Assembly: GCA_963676795.2 (NCBI GenBank)
Contig: CAXXTB010000002.1
Span: 1,856,001 to 1,920,000, forward strand
DNA: 64,000 bases
Origin: Geopsychrobacteraceae bacterium
Lineage (GTDB): Bacteria; Desulfobacterota; Desulfuromonadia; Desulfuromonadales; Geopsychrobacteraceae
Reading direction: 5' to 3'
Under the pieces are notes generated by a model. The model was given only the letters and a program-made list of their open reading frames with translations, had not been told where the DNA came from and did not search any database. The first letter of the stretch is position 1. The number at the start of each line of letters is the position of its first letter. This document shows, in pieces, positions 54,984 through 64,000 of the stretch. Position numbers and translations under genes: made by a program.

Positions 54984-55886
54984 TCAATGATCTCTATTGA
55001 CGATAAACTCGGCAATATCGCGCAGCGGTCTGGCAAGAGCCCCGAAAGGTTCCAGACTCTGCGTAGCTATGCTGAATAGTTCATCCTTGCGCTGTCGGGC
55101 CGCAGTAAGGCCGAGCAATGAGGGGTAAGTCGCCTTGCCCCGTTGCTGATCACTGCCAACATCCTTGCCGAGCATCTTCTCATCGGCGACGATATCGAGA
55201 ATATCATCGGCAATCTGGAAGGCCAGGCCGATCGTTTCACCGAAACGCTTCAGGCTGCGGAACTGCTGTTCATCAGCACCGCCAAGGATCGCTCCCATCT
55301 GAACCGCGCCCAGGATCAGAGCCCCGGTCTTGTGAGTGTGGATATATTCGAGTGTCGGCAGATCGATTGCCTGCTGCTCCGACTCCATATCGACGACCTG
55401 GCCGCCGACCATCCCCCGCGATCCGGCGTTTTTGGCCAGAATATGGATCAAACGGCGGCGCTCATCCTGGGAGATCCCGGTCAGCACCAACGGGTTGCTG
55501 AGCAACAGAAAAGCTTCGGTCAACAGCGCATCTCCGGCAAGTATCGCTATCGCTTCGCCGAAAACCTTATGATTTGTCGGCTTGCCGCGGCGCAGATCAT
55601 CATCATCCATGGCCGGCAGATCGTCATGGATCAATGAATAGGTATGAATCATTTCAACCGCACAGGCCGCCGGTAACGCCTCTTCACTGTTGGCACCGAG
55701 CGCTTCACAGGCCGCCAGCAGCAGAATCGGTCGAATCCTCTTGCCACCGGCGAAGACCGAATAGCGCGTCGCTTCATGCAGGCGTTGCGGCAAGGTATCG
55801 CCCTGCGGCAAATAGGCATCAAGTGCCGCGTCAACGCGCCGCGTCTGGGTTTCCAGGTAAGCGGCAAGCGACCATGGTTCACTCAT
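54984..55886 (-). CDS. ispA: Farnesyl diphosphate synthase
   Basis: GGKRIRP, YSLIHDDLPAMDDDDLRRGKPT, FQIADDILD; xseB-ispA-dxs synteny. Confidence 0.93.
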   Translation of the reverse strand: MSEPWSLAAYLETQTRRVDAALDAYLPQGDTLPQRLHEATRYSVFAGGKRIRPILLLAACEALGANSEEALPAACAVEMIHTYSLIHDDLPAMDDDDLRRGKPTNHKVFGEAIAILAGDALLTEAFLLLSNPLVLTGISQDERRRLIHILAKNAGSRGMVGGQVVDMESEQQAIDLPTLEYIHTHKTGALILGAVQMGAILGGADEQQFRSLKRFGETIGLAFQIADDILDIVADEKMLGKDVGSDQQRGKATYPSLLGLTAARQRKDELFSIATQSLEPFGALARPLRDIAEFIVNRDH

Positions 55887-56103
55887 CATCGAAAGACTCT
55901 TTCTGCCAGGACTCGCCCTGTTTGGTCAGCACCTCGACCTTGAGTTCTACTTCTTTCAACGAAGACCGGCAGTATTCAGCCTGCTTCACCCCTGTGGCAA
56001 AGACCTTGAGCGCGTCCTCCAGGGACAGCTCGCCGCTTTCGAGTTGAGCGACCGCCTCTTCGAGTTTTTTCAGAGCCGATTCAAAATTTTTAGCTGTTGC
56101 CAT
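55879..56103 (-). CDS. xseB: Exodeoxyribonuclease VII small subunit
   Basis: FESALKKLEEAVAQLESGELSLEDAL. Confidence 0.93.
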   Translation of the reverse strand: MATAKNFESALKKLEEAVAQLESGELSLEDALKVFATGVKQAEYCRSSLKEVELKVEVLTKQGESWQKESFDDE

Positions 56104-56134
56104 AAACCATACCAGTCATAAAGTCGTTCAGTAA

Positions 56135-56164
56135 ATTATCATGAGCCTTGAGCTTCAAGGTCAA
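56135..56164 (-). promoter_or_regulatory. Possible internal promoter for xseB-ispA-dxs
   Basis: TTGACC-18 nt-GATAAT on minus strand between xseA and xseB. Confidence 0.4.
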
Positions 56165-56179
56165 GAGTGTGGACTGTTA

Positions 56180-57391
56180 TTATTCTGCATTATCGGGAAA
56201 AACTTCAATAATTTCTGCCGTAGCCCGCCCTTTTGCGAGCAGTACTTCCAGTTCAGCGCCGCTACGCAGCTGCGCCGCATCGGTTATTACAGCCCCGGTT
56301 TGCCTGTCCCTGACAACCGCATACCCCCGGGCCAGAACTGCCAGCGGGGAAAGGGTGTCAAGTCGCCCCATCAGGCTGCACAGTGCCTGATTGCGCTTTT
56401 CCAAATAGAGGACCATCGCGCGGCGCAGTTCAGACTCGGCTTTCTGCAGTCTCAGCTTCTGAAAGCGTATCAGATCCAGAGGAGAACGCAGACGCTTTTC
56501 AAGGCTGAAAAGACGGTCCTGAACCTGGGTCAGACGATTTTTCATCAGGCTGGCCAGACGCAGGGAAAGCTGATCAAGATGACGTTCGAGGTCCAGACGG
56601 TTCTTGACGACCAGCTCCGCGGCCGCGCTCGGGGTCGGAGAACGGAGATCGGCGACAAAGTCGGAGATCGAAAAATCGGTTTCATGTCCGACAGCGGAGA
56701 TAACCGGAATACGCGAATGAAATATCGCCCTGGCGACAACCTCCTCGTTGAAAGCCCAGAGATCTTCCTGCGACCCGCCTCCCCGGCCGACGATCAGGAC
56801 CTCCGCGCTCCCTTCTTCGTTCAGCTCCTCGATCGCCCGGGCAATCTCCTGTGCCGCCGTATCCCCCTGTACCAGCGATGGTCGCAGCAGCACATTGAGC
56901 CCCGCAGATCTGCGTTTGAGGACATTGAGGATATCCTGAATGGCGGCGCCTGTCGCCGAAGTGACAACACCAATCACCTTGGGATACTCGGGAAGTGGCT
57001 GCTTGTGGACAGCGTCGAACAGCCCTTCCTTGTGCAGCTTTTCCTTGAGCTGTTCAAAGGCCAGCTGCAGACCACCGACACCTTCCGGCTCCATGCCTTC
57101 AACGATCAGCTGCAGATCACCACGTTGCGGATAGACCGACACCCGTCCGCGGCAGATGACTGCCATGCCGTTTTCCGGCGCAAAACGCAGCGCCCTGGCC
57201 TGCCCGCGGAACATGGCGCAACGCAACTGGGAACGGTCGTCCTTGAGTGTGAAATAACAATGGCCGGAAGAAGCCTCGGAAAAATTACTGATTTCACCTC
57301 GAACCAGAACGTCGACAAAATTGTCTTCAACCAGATCCTGAAGACAACCGATCAACGCCGATACGGAAATAACATCTGCAGAGTTATTCAC
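56180..57391 (-). CDS. xseA: Exodeoxyribonuclease VII large subunit
   Basis: GEISNF..SGHCYFTLKD, GRGGGS.EDLWAFNEE, SAVGHETD, TPSAAAE. Confidence 0.95.
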   Translation of the reverse strand: MNNSADVISVSALIGCLQDLVEDNFVDVLVRGEISNFSEASSGHCYFTLKDDRSQLRCAMFRGQARALRFAPENGMAVICRGRVSVYPQRGDLQLIVEGMEPEGVGGLQLAFEQLKEKLHKEGLFDAVHKQPLPEYPKVIGVVTSATGAAIQDILNVLKRRSAGLNVLLRPSLVQGDTAAQEIARAIEELNEEGSAEVLIVGRGGGSQEDLWAFNEEVVARAIFHSRIPVISAVGHETDFSISDFVADLRSPTPSAAAELVVKNRLDLERHLDQLSLRLASLMKNRLTQVQDRLFSLEKRLRSPLDLIRFQKLRLQKAESELRRAMVLYLEKRNQALCSLMGRLDTLSPLAVLARGYAVVRDRQTGAVITDAAQLRSGAELEVLLAKGRATAEIIEVFPDNAE

Positions 57392-57444
57392 GAAAAAACC
57401 TTTTCACAAAAATGTGTAATCAGCCTGCTGCCGGCAGATAAATC

Positions 57445-58635
57445 TCAGTAACGATGAACAACTTCGGAGGCATAAACAAAGGAGACCGGCTGCTGTTTCA
57501 GCCAGTCGAATTCGAGTTTTAAAGCTTCGAAGGTTTCCCGGTGAGGATGACAGATAGCGATAATTTCACGATCCCCCCCAGCCAGTTTGATCATTTTATG
57601 AATCTGACCACGAATTTGGGTCACATCAACGGTATCATCGAGAAAGATGTTGCGCGTCGCTGTTTTGAGCCCCATTTTTCTCGCTTCGGGAAAAGCGACC
57701 GAATCGCTGATTGTCCGACTGTCGATGAAGAAGAGCTGATGAGCCTTCAATTCATCAAGCACAACCCGCATCGCTTCTGTCGACTCGGTAAACCGCGAAC
57801 CCATGTGGTTGTTGCCGCCGACCGCATCAGGAAGCTCACGAATATAGGAACGAACACGGGCACGCATCTCCTCCTCGGGGAGGCTGACCAGCAGCGCATT
57901 CTCCCCCGGACTGATCCGCGGGTAACTTACAGGTTCCATCGGAATATGAATCATGTATTCACGGTTCTGCTGCCGCAGGAAAGCTGCGGTGGCTTTGGCA
58001 TTGCTGATTCCGGGCAGGATAGCCGGAGTTATCGGTATCCCATACTCGACCAGACTTCTGATCGCACTCATCGAACCACCCATATCGTCCATGATCAGGG
58101 AAATCCTGGGACCTTTCACTTCAGGTTTGGTGACAACCTCAGGTACTTCATAGAGCAGTTCAAACCGTAACTGCCCCTGCCAGTAGAGATGAATCACCCC
58201 CTTATCCCTGCTGACCTTCAACTGGGCGGGGGCTCCAGTCTGATCAATATGTCTCGCCAGTTCTGCAAGATAGGGCTGTGAGGGGAAGGCACCGAAAATC
58301 TTGCGCACCTCGGTACCGTTGCGCGAATCGAGTCGTTTCCAGCCCATTGAATCGGGCCCATTGATAAGCTGATTGTCAAGCAATTGATGGATATCGGCAT
58401 AGGTCATGGCAGCCGGTTTCGGCGACATCTGCTCGACAGTCTCCTCGTAGACAAATGAGACTTCATCGTTGTGAGCGAATTTTTCACGCAGAACAAAAAG
58501 GACGCCGACACAGACAATAACAATAAGCCCCAAAAGAATGGATGCGAGCAGAACCCGCATCCCCTGGGACATCTTTTTATTCTTTTTACCAGGCGTTTTT
58601 TTCTTAACGGTTTTTTTGCTTTTACTTGCGGCCAT
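57445..58635 (-). CDS. Divergent polysaccharide deacetylase (YibQ-like)
   Basis: LIMDDMG, HIPMEP, NNHMGS, FIDSRT, RNIFLD, AICHP. Confidence 0.88.
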   Translation of the reverse strand: MAASKSKKTVKKKTPGKKNKKMSQGMRVLLASILLGLIVIVCVGVLFVLREKFAHNDEVSFVYEETVEQMSPKPAAMTYADIHQLLDNQLINGPDSMGWKRLDSRNGTEVRKIFGAFPSQPYLAELARHIDQTGAPAQLKVSRDKGVIHLYWQGQLRFELLYEVPEVVTKPEVKGPRISLIMDDMGGSMSAIRSLVEYGIPITPAILPGISNAKATAAFLRQQNREYMIHIPMEPVSYPRISPGENALLVSLPEEEMRARVRSYIRELPDAVGGNNHMGSRFTESTEAMRVVLDELKAHQLFFIDSRTISDSVAFPEARKMGLKTATRNIFLDDTVDVTQIRGQIHKMIKLAGGDREIIAICHPHRETFEALKLEFDWLKQQPVSFVYASEVVHRY

Positions 58636-58681
58636 TGTATTTTCAATCTCGAATTTTCGTCAGTCGCGGACGAAAGCAACC

Positions 58682-59977
58682 TTAACGATGTGACAATATC
58701 TCCAGCCCCTTCAACAGATCCAGGGCACGCTGCAGCTGATAATCCTGGACATCACTGGCATTCATATCAACCTTCAACCCGGGCTTATTTTCATCAGCAT
58801 CCGGAAGCTGGAGAAAATGATTGGTCAGGTCAGATTCCCGCGTACCTGCCGGCTGTGCAACAGGATTGACCTGCAGCTGGGGAACAAGGATATCCGGAGT
58901 AATCCCCTTGGCCTGAATCGAACGCCCCAGCGGGGTAAAATATCGCGCCGTAGTCAAGCGTAAAGCAGACTGATCGTCAAGAGGAATAATCGTCTGCACC
59001 GAACCTTTGCCGAAACTCTGTTCCCCCATGATAATGGCCCGGCCATAATCCTGCAATGCCCCGGCAAGAATCTCGGCAGCGCTGGCACTGCCGCCATTGA
59101 CCAGGACAATCAGCGGATAATCGGGCTCCGTATCCTGCGGTTGGGCGGCGAACTCGAGACGCGCGTCCTCATCACGCCCTTCGGTATAGACGATCAGACC
59201 CTGATCAAGAAAGAGATCTGCTGTTGCCACGGCCTGTTCGAGCAGGCCTCCCGGATTGTTGCGCAGGTCAAGGATCAGCCCCCCGAATTCGGCCAGTTCG
59301 GCATGCAGCGCGTCCAGATGTCTCTTCAATTCAGTGCCCGTTCCCTCCTGAAACTGCAACAACCTGATGTAAGCGTAGCCCTGCCCCAGGCGACGACTTT
59401 TAACACTCGCGGTATGAATGATATCACGGACGATACTGAAGGTCAGGGGCTCCGGGTTCCCGTCTCGCTTGATGAGCAAGCCAACCGGCTCCCCTTTTTC
59501 TCCTCGCAGACGACGGATCGCCTCCATGATCCCCATGCCATCGGTCGATTCGCCATCGATGGCAATGATCTCATCACCGGCCTTGATTCCGGCAAAATAG
59601 GCCGGGGTATCCTCGATTGGCGTGACAATAATCAGACGGTTGTCCCTTGTTGTCACTTCGATACCGAGCCCGCCAAACTGCCCCTGGGTCTCAGCCTGCA
59701 TATCAAGATACATCTCAGGTGTGAGGAAGCTGCTGTGCGGATCGAGGGTGGCGAGCATCCCGTCAATCGCCCCGTAGATCAACTCCTGAGTATCAGCCTC
59801 TTCCACATAACCGCTGCGAATGAGACTTAATACATCGGTGAAGATTTCCAGCTGCCGATAATCCTCCTCTGTGTTTCCCTGGGCCTGCACCGTTGTACAG
59901 AGCCCTGCCATAACCAAGAAAATCACCAGCAGCAATTTATTCATGGACTTCATAAGCTGAAATACCTTCCGACTCAA
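58682..59977 (-). CDS. ctpA: S41 carboxy-terminal processing peptidase
   Basis: LDPHS, PDZ (FGGLGIEV), DLRNNPGG, SASAAEILAGALQD, FGKGSVQ. Confidence 0.9.
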   Translation of the reverse strand: MSRKVFQLMKSMNKLLLVIFLVMAGLCTTVQAQGNTEEDYRQLEIFTDVLSLIRSGYVEEADTQELIYGAIDGMLATLDPHSSFLTPEMYLDMQAETQGQFGGLGIEVTTRDNRLIIVTPIEDTPAYFAGIKAGDEIIAIDGESTDGMGIMEAIRRLRGEKGEPVGLLIKRDGNPEPLTFSIVRDIIHTASVKSRRLGQGYAYIRLLQFQEGTGTELKRHLDALHAELAEFGGLILDLRNNPGGLLEQAVATADLFLDQGLIVYTEGRDEDARLEFAAQPQDTEPDYPLIVLVNGGSASAAEILAGALQDYGRAIIMGEQSFGKGSVQTIIPLDDQSALRLTTARYFTPLGRSIQAKGITPDILVPQLQVNPVAQPAGTRESDLTNHFLQLPDADENKPGLKVDMNASDVQDYQLQRALDLLKGLEILSHR

Positions 59978-61116
59978 AGTTTCTTCAACCAGCTTAGCGG
60001 ATTGACCGGCGCTCCGGCGGCACGGATTTCAAAATAGATACTTTCCCGGCCACTGTAGCCACTATAGCCGAGAATATCACCGGCAGACACAGGCTCGCCA
60101 ACTTTCTTCTGAATCCTGTCCGTCTGGGCGTACAGGGTGTGGAAACCTCCGGGGTGGCTGACAATCAATAGATTGCCGTAATTTTTGAAGTAATCGGCAA
60201 AGACGACCTTGCCGGCGGCGACCGATCGAATCTGTTGTCCGCTTTTTGTTGCTATTTCAATGCCGTTACTTTCATAGAGAGTCCCGAGGGTGTCATCGCG
60301 CTGGGTGCCAAACCCGATCAGAACACGACCGACCAATGGCCACTCGAGCTTCCCTTTGAGCTTGGCGAAATCCACAGCGCCGGGCAGTACCGGCTCCTGT
60401 TGTTTGCTTTTCAGATCAGCAATCAGCTTTTTCAGCTGTTGCGCATCTTCATTCAACTGAGCGATTTCGCTTTTCAGCTGCTGCTGTTGTGACCTGGCCT
60501 GCTTGAGCAGGCGCGCCTTGAGATCCTGGGCGCTGCTGGCGTTTTTTCTCTCTCCCTGCTGACGTTCCAGCAGGCCGGTCTTCTGTTTTTCCAGATCGCG
60601 TAAAACAGCCAACCGGCTCTGCTGCTCTTCGACAACAGTGCGATAGTCAGCAAGCAACTGCTGATCATGTTCCATAATCCGGGTCAGGTATTGATACTGT
60701 TGAATCATCTCCGTCGGTGATTCCGAGGAAAAGATAATTTTCAGAATCCCGGCATCCCCTTCTTTGTAAAGAGCAACAAGACGATGGCGCAGGCGCTGAC
60801 CGACACTGGAGATACTACGCTCCCCCTGCCTTATCGCAGCCTCCTGTTTACCGATATCCTGCTGGAGAGATCTCTGCTGGCGGCTTAAGTCACTGATCGC
60901 AGTATCGATCTGCTTGACGGTTCGCTGCAGAAGCGCCAGTTCGCGGGAGATCTTGACCTCTGATTTCTGCTTCTTATCCAGGCTGGTTTCCGCCTGCTGG
61001 ATACGACTGCGGATCAGCTCGAGCTGTTTGAGGTTATCATCAACCTCAGCGGCAAAAGCGCTCCCGAGACAAAAGACAATGCTGAGCAGACATAGGAGTG
61101 CAGTGCAGGTACGCAT
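59974..61116 (-). CDS. envC: Murein hydrolase activator EnvC (coiled coil + degenerate M23)
   Basis: Signal peptide, long coiled coil, GKLEWP, NGIEI, YGNLLI, YFEIR; follows ftsEX. Confidence 0.85.
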   Translation of the reverse strand: MRTCTALLCLLSIVFCLGSAFAAEVDDNLKQLELIRSRIQQAETSLDKKQKSEVKISRELALLQRTVKQIDTAISDLSRQQRSLQQDIGKQEAAIRQGERSISSVGQRLRHRLVALYKEGDAGILKIIFSSESPTEMIQQYQYLTRIMEHDQQLLADYRTVVEEQQSRLAVLRDLEKQKTGLLERQQGERKNASSAQDLKARLLKQARSQQQQLKSEIAQLNEDAQQLKKLIADLKSKQQEPVLPGAVDFAKLKGKLEWPLVGRVLIGFGTQRDDTLGTLYESNGIEIATKSGQQIRSVAAGKVVFADYFKNYGNLLIVSHPGGFHTLYAQTDRIQKKVGEPVSAGDILGYSGYSGRESIYFEIRAAGAPVNPLSWLKKL

Positions 61117-61120
61117 GTCT

Positions 61121-62017
61121 CTAGATTCGCACAAAACGTCGCAAGGAGGAGAAACTGCCTAGGACACCGAGGACCACACCGGCAAAAATAAGCAGAAGCT
61201 GCTGCGAACCGGACAGAAACAGCAGCTCAAAATCCGCCGGGGTCAGCCAGAAAGAGGCAAGGCCGTGAGCGATGACAAAGTGAAAGGAAAAAAGCAGGAA
61301 AATCAGCGACAAAAAACCGCCAATCAGGCCCTGAACAGCGCCTTCAAGGATAAACGGAACCTTGATAAAAGGCATCGTCGCACCGACCAGGGACATGATC
61401 TCCAGTTCGTCACGCCGGGCAAAAAGGGTCAGCTTGATGGTGTTGGAAACAATAAACAGTGCGGCAAGAAGCAGAAAGGCACCGAGAACGACACCGACGA
61501 AATGCAGCATTCTGACAAAGCTGTTGAAGCGTTCCAGCCAGTTCTGACCGTAACGGACCTCATCGAGGTCAAGAAGGTTATCAACCTTCTCGCTGACCGC
61601 TTCAACCCCCTGCTGATTACGGAAGGGGGCCTTGAGTCCCAACTCGAAAGACGCAGGAAGCAGGTCATCGGAAACCCCTTCGAGCAGGCTGGTGTCGTTA
61701 TGCAGGCGCTGTTTGAAACGCTCCATGGCCTGGCGAGGAGAGACATACTCGACCGCCTCGACCTCCGGCAGATCCTTCAACTGCCGGGTTATTGCAGCGA
61801 TCTGCTGGGTGGGAACCGGCTTGTCCAGGTAAGCGACGATCTGGATTTCTTTGGTCCAGCGCTGGGCAAGCTGTTCGATATTGACGACCACCAGGAAAAA
61901 GCTGGCAACGGTCGCCAGTGCGACAGCCATTGTCAGAATAGATGCGGTACAGAGAAAAGGCCACTGGCGCATATTGCGCAGAGCCCTGAAGATGAAATAG
62001 CGAACTCTTTCCAGCAC
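61121..62017 (-). CDS. ftsX: Cell division permease FtsX
   Basis: NTIKLTLFARRDELEIMSLVGAT..FIKVPFILEG. Confidence 0.92.
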   Translation of the reverse strand: MLERVRYFIFRALRNMRQWPFLCTASILTMAVALATVASFFLVVVNIEQLAQRWTKEIQIVAYLDKPVPTQQIAAITRQLKDLPEVEAVEYVSPRQAMERFKQRLHNDTSLLEGVSDDLLPASFELGLKAPFRNQQGVEAVSEKVDNLLDLDEVRYGQNWLERFNSFVRMLHFVGVVLGAFLLLAALFIVSNTIKLTLFARRDELEIMSLVGATMPFIKVPFILEGAVQGLIGGFLSLIFLLFSFHFVIAHGLASFWLTPADFELLFLSGSQQLLLIFAGVVLGVLGSFSSLRRFVRI

Positions 62018-62060
62018 TGCTGGAACCTCCGATTGGTGAGTGAATATCTCAAAACCGAGA

Positions 62061-62735
62061 TTACATCTGAAGAGGCTGCTGATCCCCTATCAGTTTCCCC
62101 TTGTCCAGAGTGATGATACGGCGCGGAAAACGCTCATTCAGACTGTGATCGTGGGTTGCCAGCAGCACGGTGGTGCCCCGGGCGTTGGCCCGTTTGAACA
62201 GCTCCATGATCTCCAGCGTGACATCCTGGTCGAGGTTTCCGCTCGGTTCATCGGCAATCAGAATCAGCGGATCGACAACCAGCGCCCTGGCGATGGCAAT
62301 ACGCTGCTGCTCGCCACCCGAAAGCTCCATCGGTTTCCGCTGCAGACGGTGTTCCAGACCGACCTCTTTCAGGGCCTGATACACCTTTTTACTGACCTCA
62401 TAGCGCTTTTTCCCCTGGGCCTCAAGGGCAAAAGCAACGTTCTCATAGACGCTTCGGCTGTTCAGAAGTTTGAAATCCTGAAATACGACACCGATTTTGC
62501 GGCGCAAAAAAGGGATCTGATGACTGCGGTAGCGGGTAATATTCTGCCCTTCGATCAGGATCTGTCCCTTGGTTGGCTTTTCGGCAGCATAGAGCATCCG
62601 GAGAAAGGTTGTCTTCCCTGCTCCGGATGCTCCAGTGACGTAGACAAACTCCCCCTTACCGATCTGCAGTGTCAGATCTTTCACAGCAACAGAATCAGCG
62701 CTGAACCTCTTGGTGACGTTATAGAGCTGTATCAT
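62061..62735 (-). CDS. ftsE: Cell division ATPase FtsE
   Basis: GASGAGKTT, IPFLRRKIGVVFQDFKLL, LSGGEQQR, ADEPSGNLD. Confidence 0.94.
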   Translation of the reverse strand: MIQLYNVTKRFSADSVAVKDLTLQIGKGEFVYVTGASGAGKTTFLRMLYAAEKPTKGQILIEGQNITRYRSHQIPFLRRKIGVVFQDFKLLNSRSVYENVAFALEAQGKKRYEVSKKVYQALKEVGLEHRLQRKPMELSGGEQQRIAIARALVVDPLILIADEPSGNLDQDVTLEIMELFKRANARGTTVLLATHDHSLNERFPRRIITLDKGKLIGDQQPLQM

Positions 62736-62775
62736 AGCGTCCGTGTCGGCCAGTTAAGAGAGAGTTTCGGCTTGA

Positions 62776-63777
62776 TTAGCCCTGAGCCTGAACCGCAGTA
62801 ATAGCGGCAACGTTGATGATATCTTCAACGGAGCAGCCACGGGACAGGTCGTTGACTGGCTTGGCGAGACCCTGAATGATCGGACCAAGCGCCTCGGCAC
62901 CAGCGAAACGCTGAACCAGTTTGTAGCCGATGTTACCGGCATCCAGGTCAGGGAAAACCAGAACGTTGGCCTTACCGGCAACGGTAGAACCTGGAGCTTT
63001 TTTGTCAGCAACAGAAGGAACCAGAGCAGCATCAGCCTGAAGTTCACCGTCGATCGCCAGCTCAGGAGCCATTTCCTTGGCGATTTCGAGAGCCTTGACG
63101 ACCTTGTCGACATCAGCGTGGCTGGCACTGCCTTTGGTCGAGAAGTTCAGCATGGCGATGCGGGCATCTACACCGAGGAAGCTCTTGCAGCTGGTCGCAG
63201 TGGTTACGGCGATTTCAGCCAGGGCCTGCGCATCAGGGTTCGGGTTAACAGCACAGTCCGCGAAACAGAGGGTTCCGTTCTCACCGAATTCCGGAGTTTT
63301 GGTGATCATCAGGAACAGCGAGGAAACAGTCTTGATGCCAGGAGCGGTGCCGATAACCTGAAAGGCTGCGCGCAAAACGTCGCCAGTTGTGTTGTAAGCA
63401 CCGGCAACAGCGCCACCAGCATCACCGCGGCGAACCATCATGCAACCGAAGAACAGGTTGTCGTCAGCTGTCAGCATCGACTCGGCCTGCTCACGGGTCA
63501 GCCCTTTCTTCTTGCGCAGTTCGACCAGCTCATCGATGTAGGAGTCAAGCAGATCGGAAGATTTCGGCTCGATCAGGGTGACACCCTCAAGGGAAGCGCC
63601 AAGCTCAGCAGCTTTGGCCTTCAGGGTTTCCGGGTTGCCGAGCAGAACAACGTTCGCCAGCTTGTCCGCGACAATCTGGCCGGCGGCCTGGACCATACGA
63701 TCGTCATAACCTTCCGGCAGAACAACGGTCTGCACGTTGGCACGGGCACTGGATTTGATTTGATCAACAAGATGCAT
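62776..63777 (-). CDS. pta: Phosphate acetyltransferase (short, catalytic domain only)
   Basis: [59 protein letters not shown]. Confidence 0.95.
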   Translation of the reverse strand: MHLVDQIKSSARANVQTVVLPEGYDDRMVQAAGQIVADKLANVVLLGNPETLKAKAAELGASLEGVTLIEPKSSDLLDSYIDELVELRKKKGLTREQAESMLTADDNLFFGCMMVRRGDAGGAVAGAYNTTGDVLRAAFQVIGTAPGIKTVSSLFLMITKTPEFGENGTLCFADCAVNPNPDAQALAEIAVTTATSCKSFLGVDARIAMLNFSTKGSASHADVDKVVKALEIAKEMAPELAIDGELQADAALVPSVADKKAPGSTVAGKANVLVFPDLDAGNIGYKLVQRFAGAEALGPIIQGLAKPVNDLSRGCSVEDIINVAAITAVQAQG

Positions 63778-63844
63778 TGTTTCCTCCTGTGAAACTATTT
63801 TTGGGTTCTCTAAATATGATCAAATATTAGAAGACAGATGAACG

Positions 63845-63874
63845 TTTATACCTAATGGGAAAAGCAAGGGTCAA
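63845..63874 (-). promoter_or_regulatory. Putative sigma70 promoter of pta
   Basis: TTGACC-18 nt-TATAAA on minus strand. Confidence 0.45.
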
Positions 63875-64000
63875 TGGTTTTATATTTTTATAACAAAGAG
63901 CTGCAATAACTTGCTGGCAAGTCTGATCGGCCCTGTCTATAATCGGTCTTTATGAGCCACATCAACTTAATCACACCTTCCCGACCCGGCAGATCATCAC

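Overview
Ordinary chromosomal window (moderately GC-rich). Gene content points to a Desulfuromonadales/Geobacteraceae-like deltaproteobacterium (PxxKW and GSU3473-type small proteins; pta-ftsEX-envC-ctpA-yibQ-xseAB-ispA-dxs run). That taxonomy is an inference. I saw no rRNA, tRNA, CRISPR array, transposase or prophage. The first 16.5 kb is a c-di-GMP/envelope signalling cluster: an MshEN-domain protein, then TonB-dependent receptor, YfiR, CHASE8/HAMP hybrid kinase and REC-GGDEF-EAL, followed by two tandem HDOD-GGDEF cyclases and an Mla/Pqi-type operon. The rest is mostly housekeeping (pgm, lpxH, pfkA, purB, feoAB, ispB, ppaC, dxs, cell division, pta). Best candidates for undescribed biology: (1) a YfiBNR-like trans-envelope relay in which a TonB-dependent receptor replaces YfiB and a phosphorelay replaces YfiN; (2) two unannotated, related small-RNA-like elements with an anti-Shine-Dalgarno CCUCCU in the terminator loop; (3) two tiny tandem proteins ending in YxGPERR, resembling the Cle c-di-GMP-binding motif, behind a stand-alone Pta N-terminal-like protein; (4) a structured inverted repeat element at about 16.7 kb. 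All product calls come from motif recognition by eye, not database searches.
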